Shown here in pieces: positions 7,827 to 17,611 of a stretch of 64,000 nt of DNA (position 1 is its first letter; each line of letters begins with the position of its first letter). Below the pieces are notes generated by a model. The model was not told the DNA's origin, did no database searches, and saw only the letters and a list, made by a program, of their open reading frames with translations. The position numbers were made by a program, and so were the translations under genes. Source of the DNA: Anaerotignum sp. (lineage in GTDB: Bacteria; Bacillota; Clostridia; Lachnospirales; Anaerotignaceae); assembly GCA_051877975.1 (NCBI GenBank), contig JBJEJK010000057.1; one strand, written 5' to 3'.

Positions 7827-9971
7827 ATGGGAAAAATACTAGTGATTGCAGAAAAACCATCTGTAGCAAGGGATATTGCCAAGGTGCTGAAAGCCAACCA
7901 AAAGGGAGAAGGATGCCTGATCGGAGAAAAATATGTTGTTTCCTGGGCAGTCGGGCATCTGGTCACATTGGCAGAACCTGAAGAATATGATCCAAAATAC
8001 AAAAAATGGAATTTTTCCACATTGCCTATCCTTCCGGAAGAAATGAAGCTGAAGGCCATTGCTCAGACTCGTTCTCAGCTCAAGGTATTACATAAATGGA
8101 TGCACAGCAAGGAAATTGATAGCCTGATCTGTGCCACCGACAGCGGGCGGGAAGGCGAGCTGATTTTCCGTTATATCTACGAAATTACAAAATGTACCAA
8201 GCCCTTTGAACGCCTCTGGATCAGCAGTATGACAGAGGAAGCTATCAAGGAAGGCTTTGCCAATCTGAAAAATGGCAGGGAATATGATCTGCTCTATACC
8301 TCTGCCAAATGCCGCTCTGTAGCCGATTGGCTGGTGGGAATGAACGCCACCAGAGCCTATACCCTGCGCTATGATGCTCTCCTGAGCATTGGCCGTGTCC
8401 AGACGCCGACCCTTGCCATCATTGTAGACCGGCAGAAAGAAATCGACGCTTTTGTGGCGGAAGATTATTTTGAAGTCCAGGCGGATTTTGGCGGCTATAC
8501 GGGCATGTGGATCGACAAGGAAGAACATACTCGCATCGAAAAAGAAGAAACAGCAAAGGCTATTGTGGAGAAAGTTTCTGGTAAAATGGCCCGCATTACG
8601 CAAGTAGAAAAGGAAGAAAAGAAAATGCCGCCGCCTTTGCTTTATGACCTGACGGAGCTGCAAAGGGACTGCAATAAAAAATTCGGTTTTTCCGCGAAAA
8701 AGACACTGGATATTGCACAAAGCCTTTATGAAAAGCGAAAAATGATTACCTATCCCAGAACGGACAGCCGCTACCTGAGCGACGATATGAAAGGGAAGGT
8801 GCGGAATACTATCAAACGGCTGTGCGAGCTGGAGGCATATGTCCCTTATGCTCATCCCTTGACAGAGAATATTTCTTTTACGAAACGTATCATCGATAAT
8901 ACGAAAGTGACAGACCATCATGCGATCATTCCTACGGATGCAAAACTAAGAGTGGATAGCCTGACGGAGGAGGAAAGAAAAGTATTCTCTCTGGTGGCGG
9001 CAAGGTTTTTGGCGGTGTTCTATCCTTATTATAGATATGAGACCACAAAGGTCTATGCTGAAGCGGAACAGGAACGGTTTCTTTCCAAAGGGACGGTGGT
9101 TCTGGAGGAAGGCTGGCAGGTAGTGGAAAAAGCCCTGACCCCTGCAGCGGCAGCGAAAAAGAAGAAAAAAGACGAGGAAGACCAAAAACTTCCTGCCCTC
9201 AGCGAAGGGGAAGAGCGCAAGATTGAAAAAGCCACAGTGCAGAAAAAGAAAACAAAACCGCCCACTCCATATACAGAAAGTTCTCTCCTTTCTGCTATGG
9301 AAAATGCCGGCAGATTTGTAGAAGATGAGGCTTTGAAAGAACAGATGAAGGACAGCGGTTTGGGTACCCCTGCCACAAGAGCCGCCATCATTGAGCGCCT
9401 GCTGACAGTAGGCTATATCGTCCGCAAAGGCAAAACCCTTGTACCTACGGAAAAAGGGCGAAAGCTCATCGAGGTGGTTCCCAATGAGATGCGTTCTCCC
9501 CAGACCACAGGAAAATGGGAAAAGGGACTATCCTCCATTGCCAAAGGGAATATGACAGAAGAACGTTTTATGGCCAGTATCCGCCGATACGTGCAGTTTC
9601 TGATTCAGGATGCAGCGTCGGGCCGACGGGCGGATGTGGTTTTCCCAGAGGAACAGATCAGAGGGAAGAAACGGAAAAATAATGCTTTTGGGAAATGCCC
9701 TCTCTGCGGACGAGATATTTTGGAAAATACTAAGTCCTTCTACTGTGCAGGCTGGAAAAGCGGCTGCAAATTCTCCCTTTGGAAGGATAACCTGAAGCCC
9801 TATGGTTTGGAATTGGATGGAGGTATGGTGAAGCTGCTTCTGAAAAACGGCAAGACCGAACCTGTGGCGGTAACTTTGCCCCAGACAGGAGAAAAGGGGA
9901 CAGCAGTGCTGATTCTGAATCGGGAAAAGGGCGGTCAGATCGAATTGATGGATTTCACCAGAAATGGCTGA
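7827..9971 (+). CDS. topB: DNA topoisomerase III (type IA)
   Basis: IAEKPSVA, ATDSGREGELIF, GRVQTPTL, catalytic ITYPRTD, HHAIIPT, GLGTPATRA, C-terminal Cys-rich ribbon. Confidence 0.92.
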   Translation: MGKILVIAEKPSVARDIAKVLKANQKGEGCLIGEKYVVSWAVGHLVTLAEPEEYDPKYKKWNFSTLPILPEEMKLKAIAQTRSQLKVLHKWMHSKEIDSLICATDSGREGELIFRYIYEITKCTKPFERLWISSMTEEAIKEGFANLKNGREYDLLYTSAKCRSVADWLVGMNATRAYTLRYDALLSIGRVQTPTLAIIVDRQKEIDAFVAEDYFEVQADFGGYTGMWIDKEEHTRIEKEETAKAIVEKVSGKMARITQVEKEEKKMPPPLLYDLTELQRDCNKKFGFSAKKTLDIAQSLYEKRKMITYPRTDSRYLSDDMKGKVRNTIKRLCELEAYVPYAHPLTENISFTKRIIDNTKVTDHHAIIPTDAKLRVDSLTEEERKVFSLVAARFLAVFYPYYRYETTKVYAEAEQERFLSKGTVVLEEGWQVVEKALTPAAAAKKKKKDEEDQKLPALSEGEERKIEKATVQKKKTKPPTPYTESSLLSAMENAGRFVEDEALKEQMKDSGLGTPATRAAIIERLLTVGYIVRKGKTLVPTEKGRKLIEVVPNEMRSPQTTGKWEKGLSSIAKGNMTEERFMASIRRYVQFLIQDAASGRRADVVFPEEQIRGKKRKNNAFGKCPLCGRDILENTKSFYCAGWKSGCKFSLWKDNLKPYGLELDGGMVKLLLKNGKTEPVAVTLPQTGEKGTAVLILNREKGGQIELMDFTRNG

Positions 9972-10053
9972 AACTTCTTGAAGGAACAGCATAGATTTGA
10001 TACAATCTAAAAATTAGGAGTAAATATATTTTTAAACAGATGGGAGAGATAAA

Positions 10054-11334
10054 ATGGAAAATGTGTATGGTATGCTGGGGATTTCCCCCGAGGTAGAAGC
10101 CTTTGGCAATGAGATTCTGAAGGATTTAAAAGACAGATTCGAACAGATCGACGCAGTGGCGGAATATAATCAGGCAAAAGTTCTGAAAGCCATGCGGGAG
10201 GAACGGGTAGATGCTGCCTGTTTCGCAGGCTCTACCGGGTATGGCTATAACGACGATGGTCGTGATAAGCTGGAACGGGTATATGCAAGATGCTTCAACA
10301 CAGAAGCAGCACTGGTACGCCCCCAGATTACCTGCGGCACCCATGCTCTGGCAATTGCTCTGAGCGCGAACCTTCTTCCGGGGGATGAATTGCTTTCTCC
10401 CGTAGGCAAGCCTTATGATACATTGGAAAAGGTGATTGGCATTGCGCCTTCTCCTTGTTCCCTGAAAGAATATGGCGTTGTCTACAGACAGGTGGATTTG
10501 CTGAAGGATGGCACATTTGACTATGAAAATATTAAAAAAGCCATCAATGAAAAAACAAAGCTGGTGACCATTCAGCGTTCCAAGGGCTATGCCATGCGGC
10601 CCACCTTTTCTGTAAAGCAGATTGGGGAACTGATTTCCTTTATAAAGGGCATCAAACCCGATGTGATTTGTATGGTAGATAACTGCTATGGTGAATTTGT
10701 TGATATTATCGAGCCTTCTAATGTAGGGGCAGATATGATCGTTGGTTCTTTGATCAAAAACCCTGGCGGCGGTCTTGCCCCCATCGGCGGCTATATCTGT
10801 GGCAAGCAGGCATGTATCGACCGTTGTGCTTATCGTTTGAGTGCCCCTGGCCTAGGGCAGGAAGTGGGTGCTTCTCTGGATGTAAACCGTGCGCTGTATC
10901 AGGGCTTTTTCCTGGCACCCACGGTAACAGCAGGCGCACTGAAGGGGGCTGTTTTTGCGGCAAATATCTATGAAAAACTGGGATTCCGTGTGATTCCCAA
11001 CAGCACAGAGCCCCGCAACGATATCATCCAGGCGGTGGAACTGGGCAGTGCCGATGCCATGAAGGCCTTTTGTCAGGGCATTCAGGCGGCAGCGCCTGTA
11101 GACAGCTACCTGACCCCTGTACCTTATGCTATGCCCGGCTATACCTGCGATGTTATTATGGCAGCTGGTGCGTTCATACAGGGTTCTTCTATCGAACTGA
11201 GCGCCGATGGCCCCATCAGAGAACCTTACTCCGTTTATTTCCAAGGCGGCTTGACATGGTTCCATGCAAAAACAGGTATCCTGATGAGCTTGCAGAAACT
11301 TTACGAAGCCGGTTTGGTCAAACTGAAAAATTAA
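10054..11334 (+). CDS. Methionine gamma-lyase family / YnbB aluminium-resistance PLP enzyme
   Basis: STGYGYND.GR, GTHA, IQRSKGY, VDNCYGEF, GSLIKNPGGG, MAAGAFIQGSSIELSADGP. Confidence 0.9.
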   Translation: MENVYGMLGISPEVEAFGNEILKDLKDRFEQIDAVAEYNQAKVLKAMREERVDAACFAGSTGYGYNDDGRDKLERVYARCFNTEAALVRPQITCGTHALAIALSANLLPGDELLSPVGKPYDTLEKVIGIAPSPCSLKEYGVVYRQVDLLKDGTFDYENIKKAINEKTKLVTIQRSKGYAMRPTFSVKQIGELISFIKGIKPDVICMVDNCYGEFVDIIEPSNVGADMIVGSLIKNPGGGLAPIGGYICGKQACIDRCAYRLSAPGLGQEVGASLDVNRALYQGFFLAPTVTAGALKGAVFAANIYEKLGFRVIPNSTEPRNDIIQAVELGSADAMKAFCQGIQAAAPVDSYLTPVPYAMPGYTCDVIMAAGAFIQGSSIELSADGPIREPYSVYFQGGLTWFHAKTGILMSLQKLYEAGLVKLKN

Positions 11335-11335
11335 G

Positions 11336-11370
11336 AAAAATAGGTCAGTCGTGAGACTGACTTATTTTTT
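11336..11370. terminator. Bidirectional terminator
   Basis: AAAAATAGGTCAGTC-gtga-GACTGACTTATTTTT between convergent genes. Confidence 0.75.
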
Positions 11371-11424
11371 GCCCCAAAAGAAAAAATCATTGTCAAAAGA
11401 TTTCCTTTGTATAAATATTTGGGA

Positions 11425-12954
11425 CTATGTAAGCGCCTTTCCGAAGAGTTGCTTCAGCATAGAGCGGTTCAAGCATCCCAACGCCAGCAGGAATAAAAGA
11501 TACAGTATGCCCATTCCGCAGAGGGAACCCAAAAACAGCAGTTTGGATGGTTCGGAGATGCGGATGAAATATTTTACCAGAAGCCCGGCTGCCGCTCCTG
11601 CCAGCAGGGGCTTCAAGAAGCAATTATATAAGGAAGGAAAAACCCCTGTTCTCTGATAAAGCCGCCCCAAAGAAAGCCCAACATTGCAAAGCAGGCTCAG
11701 AAACCATCCTGCAAGAAAAGCAGGCACACCATAATAGGGCATAAAAAACCAGATGACCGCAATGGTAATCAGAGAGGACAATACATTGCTCCAAAAAAGA
11801 AAAAATTGCTCTCCCAAACCATTGAGCAGCCCATGCAGAGTGGTCTGCGCATAGAGCAAAGGACAGAGAAAGGCAAGGGGAAACAAAACCTGCCCCAAGG
11901 CGGCACGATTATAAACGATGTAGCAGATTTCCTTGGGAAATACTGCAAATAACGCTGCCGCACCGAATCCAATGATAGAGGTAAATAAAAATGTGGCGGA
12001 AACCGTTTTGCTGATGCGGGTATCCTGTTTTATGGCACAGGCTTCTGAAATTTCCGGCACAAGGGAAACGGAAGCCGCCATCAGGCAGGCGGAGGGCAGC
12101 AGGATCAGGGGCATTGCCATCCCTGTCAGTTCGCCATAGGTAGAAAGCGCCTGCACAGTATCCTGCCCGTGAAGCTGCAGCTGGCGGGGAATCAGGATAT
12201 TTTCCACCGTAGAAAGTAGGGAAGTGGCGATGCGCGTAGCAGAAAGGGGAACTGCCATCGTCAGAATCATTGTCAGGACAGCGGAAGAGGACAAGGTTGG
12301 TTTTCGGATCAGCTTGTGTTTTCTTTTGAAACGGAAGTAATTCCATACTGTAAAGCCGCAGGAGAGAAATTCCCCCAGCAGGATGCCGCTGACGGCGGCG
12401 CAGCAGGCATAGGTCAGCCCCAAGGGAACAAAGATACCTGCCAGAAAATAAATCGTTGCAATACGGGCGGTTTGTTCCAAAACCTGGGAAACCGCAGGGA
12501 TAAGGGTTTCCTGCATGCCCAGAAAAAAGCCGCGGAAGCAGGAGCCTGCAGCCATAAAAGGCACAGCAAAAGCCAGCAGGCGCAGGGAAAGGCTGGTCCG
12601 GCTGTCATCCAGAAGGGCAGAACCTATTTTTTCCGCACCAAAAAAAAGAACCCCGCTAACGAATAGGCTGATACCAAAAGAAAGACAGACGGCTTGTTTG
12701 ACAATACGCCCGATATTTCCGTTTTGTCCGCGGATGTGTTCCTGGGCTGTCAGGCGGGAAATGGTTGTGGTAAAGCCTGCGGAAGTGATGCTCCATGTAA
12801 GAGAATAGATCGGTAAAATCAGCTGATACAGCCCCATGCCTTCTGCCCCAATGATATTTGACATGAAAACACGGTAGAAAAACCCCATACATTTGGTGAT
12901 GAGGTTGGCCGCAGTCAGGATAAGAGTTCCGGTGATGATGGTCTTTCGGCTCAT
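11425..12954 (-). CDS. spoVB: Stage V sporulation protein B (MurJ/MOP flippase family)
   Basis: Polytopic protein with GT.ILTAANLITK.MGFFYR, IGAEGMGLYQL, SQVLEQ..R, YGELTGMAMPL. Start chosen from GAGGT RBS spacing; SigE-like promoter upstream. Confidence 0.8.
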   Translation of the reverse strand: MSRKTIITGTLILTAANLITKCMGFFYRVFMSNIIGAEGMGLYQLILPIYSLTWSITSAGFTTTISRLTAQEHIRGQNGNIGRIVKQAVCLSFGISLFVSGVLFFGAEKIGSALLDDSRTSLSLRLLAFAVPFMAAGSCFRGFFLGMQETLIPAVSQVLEQTARIATIYFLAGIFVPLGLTYACCAAVSGILLGEFLSCGFTVWNYFRFKRKHKLIRKPTLSSSAVLTMILTMAVPLSATRIATSLLSTVENILIPRQLQLHGQDTVQALSTYGELTGMAMPLILLPSACLMAASVSLVPEISEACAIKQDTRISKTVSATFLFTSIIGFGAAALFAVFPKEICYIVYNRAALGQVLFPLAFLCPLLYAQTTLHGLLNGLGEQFFLFWSNVLSSLITIAVIWFFMPYYGVPAFLAGWFLSLLCNVGLSLGRLYQRTGVFPSLYNCFLKPLLAGAAAGLLVKYFIRISEPSKLLFLGSLCGMGILYLLFLLALGCLNRSMLKQLFGKALT

Positions 12955-12982
12955 AGACATACCTCTGGAATCTGTTCCCTCC

Positions 12983-13012
12983 ATTTATATGACAAGAAAG
13001 GGGGAAATAGAC
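12983..13012 (-). promoter_or_regulatory. SigE-like sporulation promoter for spoVB
   Basis: Minus strand GTCTATT-14 nt-CATATAAAT matches the SigE spacing and CATAnnnT -10. Confidence 0.5.
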
Positions 13013-13179
13013 GGGCGTTTTGTTCGTTTTGGCAAAATGGAAGCAATAAAAACACAGAGGAAAAAGAAGAAAATGCTTTTGTAGAAGCTCCAGAAAGCAG
13101 GAAGATTCCGGCCTTTTCCTGTTATATCAGACATAATGAAATTTTATAATGCCACGATAAAAAAATTTACCGAAATATA

Positions 13180-13208
13180 TTGACAACATTTTATCGCCGC
13201 GCTATAAT
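13180..13208 (+). promoter_or_regulatory. Consensus SigA promoter
   Basis: TTGACA (13180-13185), 17 nt, TATAAT (13203-13208). Confidence 0.85.
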
Positions 13209-13228
13209 CTAACCACAAAGTGCATAAA

Positions 13229-13484
13229 GCCAGAAGAAGTGAAAGGGAGATTTCTTTCGTTTTGTACAAATCTTGTACAGATGCAGGGAAAACCGATGAA
13301 GCAATTCAGAAAAAGAGCCGTTTTCTGAAGAAACTTTCAGGTACAAATACCTTTTGCGGATGGAACTCTGGAAAGTGCTTGGTTTTGCCAAAGCCGCCGT
13401 AGAAGTAATGCTTTCAGGTAGAAATACAGAGGATATACAGGCAGACCAGTATAAAATTGGTATTTACTGTATATTCTTTTTTTA
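13229..13484 (+). ncRNA. Tandem glycine-class riboswitch with intrinsic terminator
   Basis: Aptamer 1: GAAAGGGAGA...CCGATGAAGCAA...CTTTCAGGT...CCTTTT. Linker GGATGGA. Aptamer 2: CTCTGGAAAG...CCGTAGAAGTAA...CTTTCAGGT...CAGAG. Terminator AGGATATACAG...CTGTATATTCT plus T-run. Confidence 0.85.
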
Positions 13485-13535
13485 TATCTAACGGTTGGCG
13501 TTTTTTGGTAAAAATGTTAAAAAGGAGGAAGGAAA

Positions 13536-14855
13536 ATGAGTAACAACACAGAAATGAAGAAGGAACTGGGCGTATTCACAGCCATGACAACCGTAGTAGG
13601 TTGTGTAATCGGTTCCGGTGTATTCTTCAAACCCACAGCTATGTACACAGCTACAGGCGGTGCACCTGGTCTGGCAATTGTTGCATGGATTATCACATCC
13701 CTGATGTGCCTGTGCGCAGCTATGACATTTGCGGAAATTGCAATCCTGATGCCTGAAACAGGCGGTATGCCCGTATACCTGAAAAGAGTATTCGGTGACA
13801 AAGTTGGTTACCTGTGCGGTTGGATGCAGACAGTAGTATTCTATCCCGGTCTGGTAGCTGCTCTGGGCGTAGCTGTTGCAAACCAGGCAAAACTGTTCTT
13901 GGGCGACGGCATGGTAGTTCCTGTAGCGATCGCTTGTATTGTTATTATGGTTATTCTGAACTGCATGGGTTCCAAAGTTGGCGGCGCAGCTCAGAACATT
14001 TTTACAGTAGCAAAATTGGTTCCCCTGGTACTGATTATGATTTTCGGTTTCATCAGAGGGAATGGTAACCCCATCTTCGATCCTATGCTGGCTGATGGCC
14101 TGAGCTATGGTTCCGTTCTTGGTCAGCTGATGATCGCCGTACTGTTCGCTTTCGAAGGCTGGACAAACGTAGGTGCTATCGCTGGTGAAATGAAAGACCC
14201 TGGTAAAGACCTGCCTAAAGCTATCGTTGGTGGTGTAGCACTGATCATGGCTGTTTACATCATCGTTAACCTGGCTTACCTGTGGGTACTGCCTGCTGAT
14301 GTTATGATGAATCTGGAATCTCCCGCATCTGCAGTAGCTATGGAAATCTTTGGCGATATGGGCGGTAAGCTGGTATCTGTTGGTATCATGATCTCCGCTG
14401 GTGGTGCATGTAACGGCTTTATTCTGTCCGGTTCTCGTACAGCTCTGTACATGGCAGAACAAGGCGACCTGCCCGGCAGCAAAGCTCTGTCCAAAATCTC
14501 CGGCACAGGCGTTCCTGTTAACTGTATCTTCCTGATCGGTATCCTGGGTGCTATCTATGCGCTGACAGGTCAGTTCGACCTGCTGACAAACTTGGGTACA
14601 TTCGTAGGCTGGGTATTCTACACACTGACATTTGCAGCAGTTATGGTTTATAGAAAACAGGCTCCTGATGTAGAACGTACATATAAAGTACCTGCATACC
14701 CTGTAATTCCTATCATCGCTATCGTATCTGGTGCGTATGTTCTGCTGAATCAGCTGTTCATGGCTGGCAAATCTTCCACAATGATCGCTGTTGGCGGTAT
14801 CATTCTGGTATTGATCGGTCTGCCTGTACGTGCAATCTTCGCTAAGAAGAAATAA
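13536..14855 (+). CDS. APC-family amino acid permease (SteT/LAT-like)
   Basis: IGSGVF, FAEIA..MPETGG, LFAFEGW, GEMKDP.KDLP, R.YKVP.YP; about 12 TM segments. Confidence 0.92.
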   Translation: MSNNTEMKKELGVFTAMTTVVGCVIGSGVFFKPTAMYTATGGAPGLAIVAWIITSLMCLCAAMTFAEIAILMPETGGMPVYLKRVFGDKVGYLCGWMQTVVFYPGLVAALGVAVANQAKLFLGDGMVVPVAIACIVIMVILNCMGSKVGGAAQNIFTVAKLVPLVLIMIFGFIRGNGNPIFDPMLADGLSYGSVLGQLMIAVLFAFEGWTNVGAIAGEMKDPGKDLPKAIVGGVALIMAVYIIVNLAYLWVLPADVMMNLESPASAVAMEIFGDMGGKLVSVGIMISAGGACNGFILSGSRTALYMAEQGDLPGSKALSKISGTGVPVNCIFLIGILGAIYALTGQFDLLTNLGTFVGWVFYTLTFAAVMVYRKQAPDVERTYKVPAYPVIPIIAIVSGAYVLLNQLFMAGKSSTMIAVGGIILVLIGLPVRAIFAKKK

Positions 14856-14915
14856 TTGAATAAAAAATATATTGCATTACAGTGATAGAAACGTTTGCTT
14901 TATATATATTTCCCT

Positions 14916-14945
14916 GAAAAGGCGTACCTTATGGTACGCCTTTTC
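14916..14945 (+). terminator. Intrinsic terminator
   Basis: GAAAAGGCGTACC-ttat-GGTACGCCTTTTC. Confidence 0.8.
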
Positions 14946-15157
14946 TTGTCATAGAAGGTACTGTCAATGGGAAATCGTTGGAAAAACGGGATGGAAGATA
15001 GAAATTCTTCTTTTTGTATAAAAGAAAATGGCTAGAATTTTGTATGATATCACATAAAATTCTCTTTTTTCAAGAAGTAGATTGCATTAATTGCACAAAG
15101 AAAATTGAAACGTTAAGAAAATGTTAGGAAATAAATCGTTAGAAAGCACTACTAGTC

Positions 15158-15186
15158 TTGACAATTTTATGATATTCATTGATAAT
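15158..15186 (+). promoter_or_regulatory. SigA-type promoter of the mrp-like operon
   Basis: TTGACA (15158-15163), 17 nt, GATAAT (15181-15186). Confidence 0.6.
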
Positions 15187-15341
15187 ATATTATGTTAGCT
15201 ATATGGAAAATACCTCATACAGTGTAAATTTTTGACAAAAACCAAGAATATTTGATATCTGCGGTCTTGAATTTATGCACATGGATGGCATTCTCATAAA
15301 AGCTGATGGGAAATAAATGCTTGCACGGGAAGGGTGGTTCA

Positions 15342-15806
15342 ATGTATTTATTATTATTACTGCTGTGGATAATCTTCAACGGCAGAGTAACACTGGAAGT
15401 GTTCCTCTTTGGTGTTGTGATCTGTGGCTGGCTGTATTGGTTCATTTGCAAATATATGGACTATAGCTTTCAGAGAGAGCTGAGGTTGGCGAAAAAACTG
15501 CCGCTCTATCTGAAATATGCGATCGTTTTGATCTGGGAGATTTTCAAGGCAAATGTTGATGTAATCAAGATTGTGCTTTCTCCCAATAAAAAGGAAATCG
15601 AACCGGCGATCGTTCATTTTCATACAGATCTGAAGAGCGAATCCTCTCAGGTTGCGCTGGCAAACTCTATCACACTGACACCGGGTACCTATACAGTGCA
15701 GCTGGAAAATGGCGATTACGCTGTTCAGGCACTGGATAAGGATAAATTCGGGGAAGGGCTGGATGAGTCCGTTTTTGTAAAACAGCTTAGAAAGTTGGAG
15801 GGATAA
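15342..15806 (+). CDS. mrpE: Na+/H+ antiporter subunit E (MrpE/MbhA-like)
   Basis: EIFKANVDV...LANSITLTPGT signature; ATG at 15342. Confidence 0.9.
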   Translation: MYLLLLLLWIIFNGRVTLEVFLFGVVICGWLYWFICKYMDYSFQRELRLAKKLPLYLKYAIVLIWEIFKANVDVIKIVLSPNKKEIEPAIVHFHTDLKSESSQVALANSITLTPGTYTVQLENGDYAVQALDKDKFGEGLDESVFVKQLRKLEG

Positions 15807-15810
15807 GAGT

Positions 15811-16137
15811 ATGAGTGATACGATGCGCTTTATTTTAGAGATTGCCATGTTTGTGCTGGCCTGCGGCATGATCCTGGCATTTATCCGCGCGGTAAAGGGT
15901 CCTCGTTACACAGACCGTATTGTGGCAATCAATATGATTGGTACCATGACAACGACAACGATCGGTATCCTTTCCGCTTATCTGGGTGAAACAGCATTGG
16001 TAGACGTATCTTTGGTTTATGCTCTTCTGAGTTTCCTGGCAGTTGTGATCATGTGTCATGTGGTTACACTGCATCATAAAGGACGTCTGCAGTTCCTGAG
16101 CAGAAAAGAAAAGGAGGCGAAGGAAGAATGTCAGTAA
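15811..16137 (+). CDS. mrpF: Na+/H+ antiporter subunit F (MrpF/MbhB-like)
   Basis: RAVKGP..DRIVA.N, VDVSLVYALLSF. Confidence 0.9.
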   Translation: MSDTMRFILEIAMFVLACGMILAFIRAVKGPRYTDRIVAINMIGTMTTTTIGILSAYLGETALVDVSLVYALLSFLAVVIMCHVVTLHHKGRLQFLSRKEKEAKEECQ

Positions 16138-16439
16138 GAGAAATCGTTGCAGCAGTCTGTATCATCATCGGGCTGTTCGTGTTCCTTTGCTCCGTTTTGG
16201 GTGTATATCGCTTCAAATATGTGATGAATCGAATGCATGCGGCGGCTTTGGGCGATACCATGGGTATCTTTTTTGTAGTATTAGGTCTTTTGATTTTAGG
16301 GCAGGATATTTTCCATATGGCAAAATATGTTCTGATCATTCTGTTCTTCTGGCTGTCCAGCCCTATTGCGACGCACATGATCGCAAAGGTAGAACTTTTG
16401 ACCAATAAAGATTGTGAAGAAAGGATGAAGGACAGATGA
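16128..16439 (+). CDS. mrpG: Na+/H+ antiporter subunit G (MrpG/MbhC-like)
   Basis: GVYRF....RMHAA...DTMG, SPIATH.IAK. Confidence 0.9.
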   Translation: MSVREIVAAVCIIIGLFVFLCSVLGVYRFKYVMNRMHAAALGDTMGIFFVVLGLLILGQDIFHMAKYVLIILFFWLSSPIATHMIAKVELLTNKDCEERMKDR

Positions 16440-16699
16440 GTGAGTTTAGCATTCTGATCCAGATGATTCTGGTCGTATTTTTGATTGCCAGTGCCATTGG
16501 GGTATCTGTAACAAGGAATCTTTTCATGGCCGTTATAGTTTTTATGGGTTACAGTTCTGTTATGGCGATTGTTTGGCTTTTCCTGGAATCTCCTGACTTG
16601 GCGATCACAGAAGCAGCCGTTGGTGCAGGTATTGATACAGTACTTTTCTTCCTGACGCTGAAGAAAGTACATGCACTGAAAGGCACAAGGGAGGGATAA
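16436..16699 (+). CDS. DUF4040 subunit (MbhD-like; equivalent to the MrpA C-terminal segment)
   Basis: 87 aa, 3 TM, SPDLAITEAAVGAG motif. Confidence 0.85.
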   Translation: MSEFSILIQMILVVFLIASAIGVSVTRNLFMAVIVFMGYSSVMAIVWLFLESPDLAITEAAVGAGIDTVLFFLTLKKVHALKGTREG

Positions 16700-16703
16700 T
16701 GGA

Positions 16704-17609
16704 ATGAGCGAAAATAAATCTTTCTGGGAAAAATTGAAAGGCTGGATCGATGGCGATGAAATTCTCATTGATGCGGATAAGTATATTTCCACCAGAGAAA
16801 GAAAAGAAAGAGTGTCTTTCGAAAAGACAGTTTCCATGGAACGGCTGCGTTCCAATTCCACGCTGTATCGCATTCTGTGCGTTGCAATCACAGTGGTATT
16901 TATTGTGGTTATGCTGCGGGTAGTCATTGATCTGTCTATGTTTGGCGACCCCAGCAGTGTTACAAACAATGAAGTGGCACAGAGATATCTGGAGCAGGGG
17001 ATTGAAGAAACCGGCGCCATCAACTTTGTAGCTGGTATGATTTTGGACTATCGTGCATTCGATACCTTTGGGGAATCCAATGTATTATTCATGGCAGTGA
17101 TCGCTGTGTTGATGCTGCTGCAAAGAGATAAGAAAAATATCAGCGCGGCAGAAGATCAGGAAATGGCGGAGGATGAAGTATTTGACTCTCAGGATTCCAA
17201 GCTGATTTTGAAAAAAGGCGCAAAATGCCTGGCTCCCGTTGTAATCCTGTATGGGATTTATGTGGTATTGAATGGTCATCTGTCTCCCGGCGGCGGTTTT
17301 TCCGGCGGTTCCATCATTGGTGCCGGCCTGATTCTGTATTCTGCGGCAAACGGGCAGAAAAAAATGCAGACATTCTTTACGATTAAAACACTGACAAAGA
17401 TCAGCGTTGCGTGTCTGCTGACCTATTGCGGCTGTAAGAGCTATTCCTTCTTTACAGGTGCAAACCATGTTGGCTGGGAAATCCCGAAGGGTACCCCCGG
17501 CGCAATCTTGAGCTCCGGCTTTATCCTGCCTCTGAATATTTGTGTTGGTTTGGTCGTTGCTTGTACAATGTATGGATTCTATGCGTTATTTACAAAAGGA
17601 GAAGTCTGA
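16704..17609 (+). CDS. mrpB: MrpB-type subunit (MbhE+MbhF-like fusion)
   Basis: TGA.N.V..MILDYRAFDTFGE followed by GHLSPGGGFSGG. Confidence 0.88.
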   Translation: MSENKSFWEKLKGWIDGDEILIDADKYISTRERKERVSFEKTVSMERLRSNSTLYRILCVAITVVFIVVMLRVVIDLSMFGDPSSVTNNEVAQRYLEQGIEETGAINFVAGMILDYRAFDTFGESNVLFMAVIAVLMLLQRDKKNISAAEDQEMAEDEVFDSQDSKLILKKGAKCLAPVVILYGIYVVLNGHLSPGGGFSGGSIIGAGLILYSAANGQKKMQTFFTIKTLTKISVACLLTYCGCKSYSFFTGANHVGWEIPKGTPGAILSSGFILPLNICVGLVVACTMYGFYALFTKGEV

Positions 17610-17611
17610 TT

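Noticed and set aside
7827-9971. topB as an ICE/conjugative element gene
   Set aside because: No relaxase, T4SS or integrase genes are nearby and the flanks are core genes.
15280-15325. GATGG..TTC..GCTGATG in the mrp leader resembling a fluoride riboswitch
   Set aside because: P1 is imperfect, the pseudoknot partner does not follow the AUG motif, and no expression platform is evident. It is better read as a simple hairpin; an Rfam scan would settle it.
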